This document shows positions 61,524-64,000 of a stretch of DNA of 64,000 nt, in pieces. The position numbers and the translations under genes were made by a program. The notes beneath the pieces were generated by a model. It searched no databases. It saw nothing but the letters and a program-made list of their open reading frames with translations, and was not told the DNA's origin. Position 1 is the stretch's first letter, and each line of letters begins with the position of its first letter. Location of the stretch: contig CAWJRJ010000021.1 of assembly GCA_963845245.1 (NCBI GenBank), positions 96,001 through 160,000 of the forward strand. The letters are read 5' to 3'. The DNA is from Nitrospirota bacterium (lineage in GTDB: Bacteria; Nitrospirota; JACRHJ01).

Positions 61524-62585
61524 AAATTACACGTAAACGCACAAAACAGATAACACTCGGCGGCGTCAAGATTGGCGGAGGCGCGCCGGTTGTGGTGCAG
61601 TCCATGACCAACACCGACACTCGCGACGTCAAGGCGACTGTCGGCCAGATAAACAGGCTTGCCAAGGCAGGCTGCGAGGTCGTCCGCGTGGCCGTACTGA
61701 ATAAAGAAGCCGCCGCGGCGCTGGACAAGATAAAGAAGGGCATCAGCATACCCATTATCGCCGACATCCACTTCGACCACAGGCTGGCCCTTACGGCGAT
61801 CGACAAGGGCATAGACGGCCTCCGTATAAACCCCGGCAACATCGGCGACAAGAAGAAAGTCGCAGAGCTGGTCAAGGCCGCAAAGGCGAGGCACATCCCG
61901 ATCAGGATCGGCGTGAACTCCGGCTCACTTGGAGAAGCACCTCCTTGAAAAATACGGCAGGCCCACGCCGGAGGCGATGGTCGAGTCGGCCCTTGGTCAT
62001 ATAAAGATACTCGAAGACCTCGACTTCACCGACATCAAGGTGTCCATCAAGGCATCGGACGTGCCCACCACGATAGATGCATACCGTCTGATGTCCAAGA
62101 GTTGCAAGTACCCGCTCCACATCGGCGTGACTGAGGCCGGGACTCTGTTCTCCGGGACGATTAAATCATCCGTGGGCCTTGGGATACTTCTCTATGAAGG
62201 CATAGGCGACACGATGCGGGTATCTCTCACAGCTGATCCCGTCGAGGAGGTACGCGCGGCCTGGGAGATGCTTAAGGCGCTCAAGCTTCGCCAGCGCGGC
62301 GTGAACATCATATCCTGCCCGACCTGCGGGCGCACCCAGATAGACGTCATAGGCCTCGCAAACGAGGTGGAGAAGCGGCTGGAGCATATAACAAAGCCGC
62401 TCGATGTCGCCGTCATGGGCTGCATCGTGAACGGCCCCGGCGAGGCCAAACATGCCGACGTCGGCATCGCGGGCGGCAAGGGTAGGGGGCTTCTGTTTTG
62501 CCACGGCGAGATAAAGAAGCGCCTCAAGGAGTCAGAGCTTGCCGACGCGCTCGTCGCCGAGGTGGAAGAGGCGGCAGGGGAGTAG
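61520..62585 (+). CDS. ispG: 4-hydroxy-3-methylbut-2-enyl diphosphate synthase (frameshift ~61930)
   Basis: VQSMTNTDT, ADIHFD, RINPGN, RIGVNSGSL, HIGVTEAG, CPTCGR and MGCIVNGPGEA motifs. Confidence 0.96.
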
Positions 62586-62604
62586 CAATAATTTTAAATG
62601 ATGA

Positions 62605-62638
62605 AATAGAAAAGCCGCCCGAAGGCGGCTTTTCTATT
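62605..62638. terminator. Bidirectional intrinsic terminator
   Basis: AATAGAAAAGCCGCC-CGAA-GGCGGCTTTTCTATT. Confidence 0.85.
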
Positions 62639-62659
62639 GTCGTAGCATTACACCCAGGA

Positions 62660-63196
62660 TTATGGTGTGATGACGCCTCTTATCGCAGGTATCGTAATTG
62701 TTAGAGGCATCGGGTTACTCGCAAAGCTGTTGACCTCGTTGAAGGGCGTTAGCTTTATTAAAACGGATCCGGCTGTATTGGTGCTGTTTGCGACCCCGCT
62801 AAAGTAACAGGCCGCGTCGAAGGTGGTGGTTTCCGTGACGCTGTTCGAATCGACTACGTCGAAAGAGCCGCTTGCGGGTATGTGTCCTATGAGCTTTGTG
62901 CCAGACATAATGATGTCGCCTCCAAAATGGATATGGAGGTTATTTGCGGCTATTACTATATCGCCCGTAACTGTGCCATAGCCACCGCCGTTATCCGTGA
63001 TGGCTATGGTGCAATTGTTAACCTCGCTCGGGTCAGCCTGGATAAGCAGGCTCTTGCTCACAAGCTTGCCAGTAACGTCATTTATAACCGAAGCTTTCAG
63101 CGTTACAGTTTTGACTGTCCCGGCAAAATTGTCCGCATTCGCAACCAGCGGGAGCATAATAAACACCATAAATGCGACCGCAATTATCTTCTTCAT
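62660..63196 (-). CDS. Hypothetical exported beta-rich protein
   Basis: GGAGGAGG RBS, signal peptide ending ANA, Thr/Ser/Gly-rich mature region. Confidence 0.7.
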   Translation of the reverse strand: MKKIIAVAFMVFIMLPLVANADNFAGTVKTVTLKASVINDVTGKLVSKSLLIQADPSEVNNCTIAITDNGGGYGTVTGDIVIAANNLHIHFGGDIIMSGTKLIGHIPASGSFDVVDSNSVTETTTFDAACYFSGVANSTNTAGSVLIKLTPFNEVNSFASNPMPLTITIPAIRGVITP

Positions 63197-63553
63197 GAAA
63201 TCCTCCTCCGTTAACGAAAAATAAATAAACTATGATTCCCTCAACTTACAAATTATGCGCCTTGAGGCCTCTTTGAGGCATCTCCCCCTTTCTGCTTAAA
63301 ATGAGTAGCTTAGTAAAATGTTAATGCCCATGCGTTGCACTCAATTTATTAAACATATTTAATATTTACAAAATTAAACATATTTTCCTCAAAAGTCAAT
63401 ACAAATATCGCCAATTCTATATTTTAGTGACTGCCCCGTATCCACCCAAAACATAAATTTTATGCGTGAAAAAACGCTGTTGCATTAAAATGATTTTATA
63501 TCTATACTTCTCCATTAGTGTGATTATAACGATTTTCAGGAGACTTTACTGAT

Positions 63554-64000
63554 ATGCTTTATTCGAGGCTTTTGATACCCACGATGAAGGAAGACCCCTC
63601 CGAGGCGGAGGTGATTTCCCACAAGCTGATGATGCGCGCGGGCATGATAAGAAAGCTCGCCGCCGGGATTTACACCTACCTGCCGCTTGGCTACAGGGTC
63701 ATAAAGAAGGTCACGGAGATCGTACGGCAGGAGATGGACCGCGCGGGCGCGCAGGAACTTCTTATGCCCGCCGTGCAGCCCGCCGAACTTTGGATAGAGT
63801 CCGGTCGCTGGGACTACTACGGCAAGGAACTGCTGCGGTTCAAGGACCGCCACGGCCGCGACTTCACCATCGGCCCGACGCACGAAGAGGTCATAACCGA
63901 CCTGGTACGCCGTGAGGTCAAGTCATACCGCCAGCTCCCAATGAACCTCTACCAGATACAGACCAAGTTCAGAGACGAGATCCGCCCGCGTTTCGGGCTG
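63554..64000 (+). CDS. proS: Proline--tRNA ligase (partial, runs off right edge)
   Basis: [46 protein letters not shown]...GPTHEE...[16 protein letters not shown]. Confidence 0.96.
   Translation, partial: MLYSRLLIPTMKEDPSEAEVISHKLMMRAGMIRKLAAGIYTYLPLGYRVIKKVTEIVRQEMDRAGAQELLMPAVQPAELWIESGRWDYYGKELLRFKDRHGRDFTIGPTHEEVITDLVRREVKSYRQLPMNLYQIQTKFRDEIRPRFGL

Noticed and set aside
1..64000. tRNA, rRNA, transposase/integrase, prophage or selenoprotein (in-frame TGA) signals
   Set aside because: None recognised by eye; tRNAscan-SE, Infernal and HMM searches would be needed to exclude them formally.

Overview
A GC-rich chromosomal region from a diderm bacterium, probably an anaerobe or microaerophile. 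A Nitrospirota/Desulfobacterota-like lineage is an impression from gene content only. The window holds: (1) a minus-strand complex I operon, nuoA-BCD(fused)-E//F-G-H-I-J-K-L, split between nuoE and nuoF by an opposite-strand FecR-OmpA-CHASE2/HD-GYP module; (2) a sulfur-handling locus with a YeiH/PSE transporter plus a small membrane partner, facing a convergent operon of pseudo-receiver ANTAR regulator, twin-hexaloop/terminator RNA element, DsrE2-like protein, FadL-type outer-membrane channel and an exported protein; (3) DUF2723, a UPF0104 flippase-like gene and ribF; (4) rpiB-glyA-dCMP deaminase-nrdR coupled to rnfCDGEAB; (5) an HD-GYP protein with a c-heme (CxxCH) sensor domain; (6) priA, a perfect parS site and a low-GC accessory patch with a repeated 55-bp element; (7) a hopanoid side-chain cluster (hpnA, hpnI, hpnJ, ispH, PagL-like, Omp85-like); (8) tpx, a TrmN6-like methyltransferase, a CDF transporter and GH57; (9) uppS-cdsA-dxr-rseP-ispG and the start of proS. 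About 20 genes, several essential, carry frameshifts, most likely sequencing or assembly indels, so many gene models below are stitched across frames. The best candidate for an undescribed system is the ANTAR-antitermination-controlled sulfur uptake/trafficking locus (14817-20365), whose RNA target has non-canonical C1/G4 hexaloops. No rRNA, tRNA, CRISPR array or transposase was seen.
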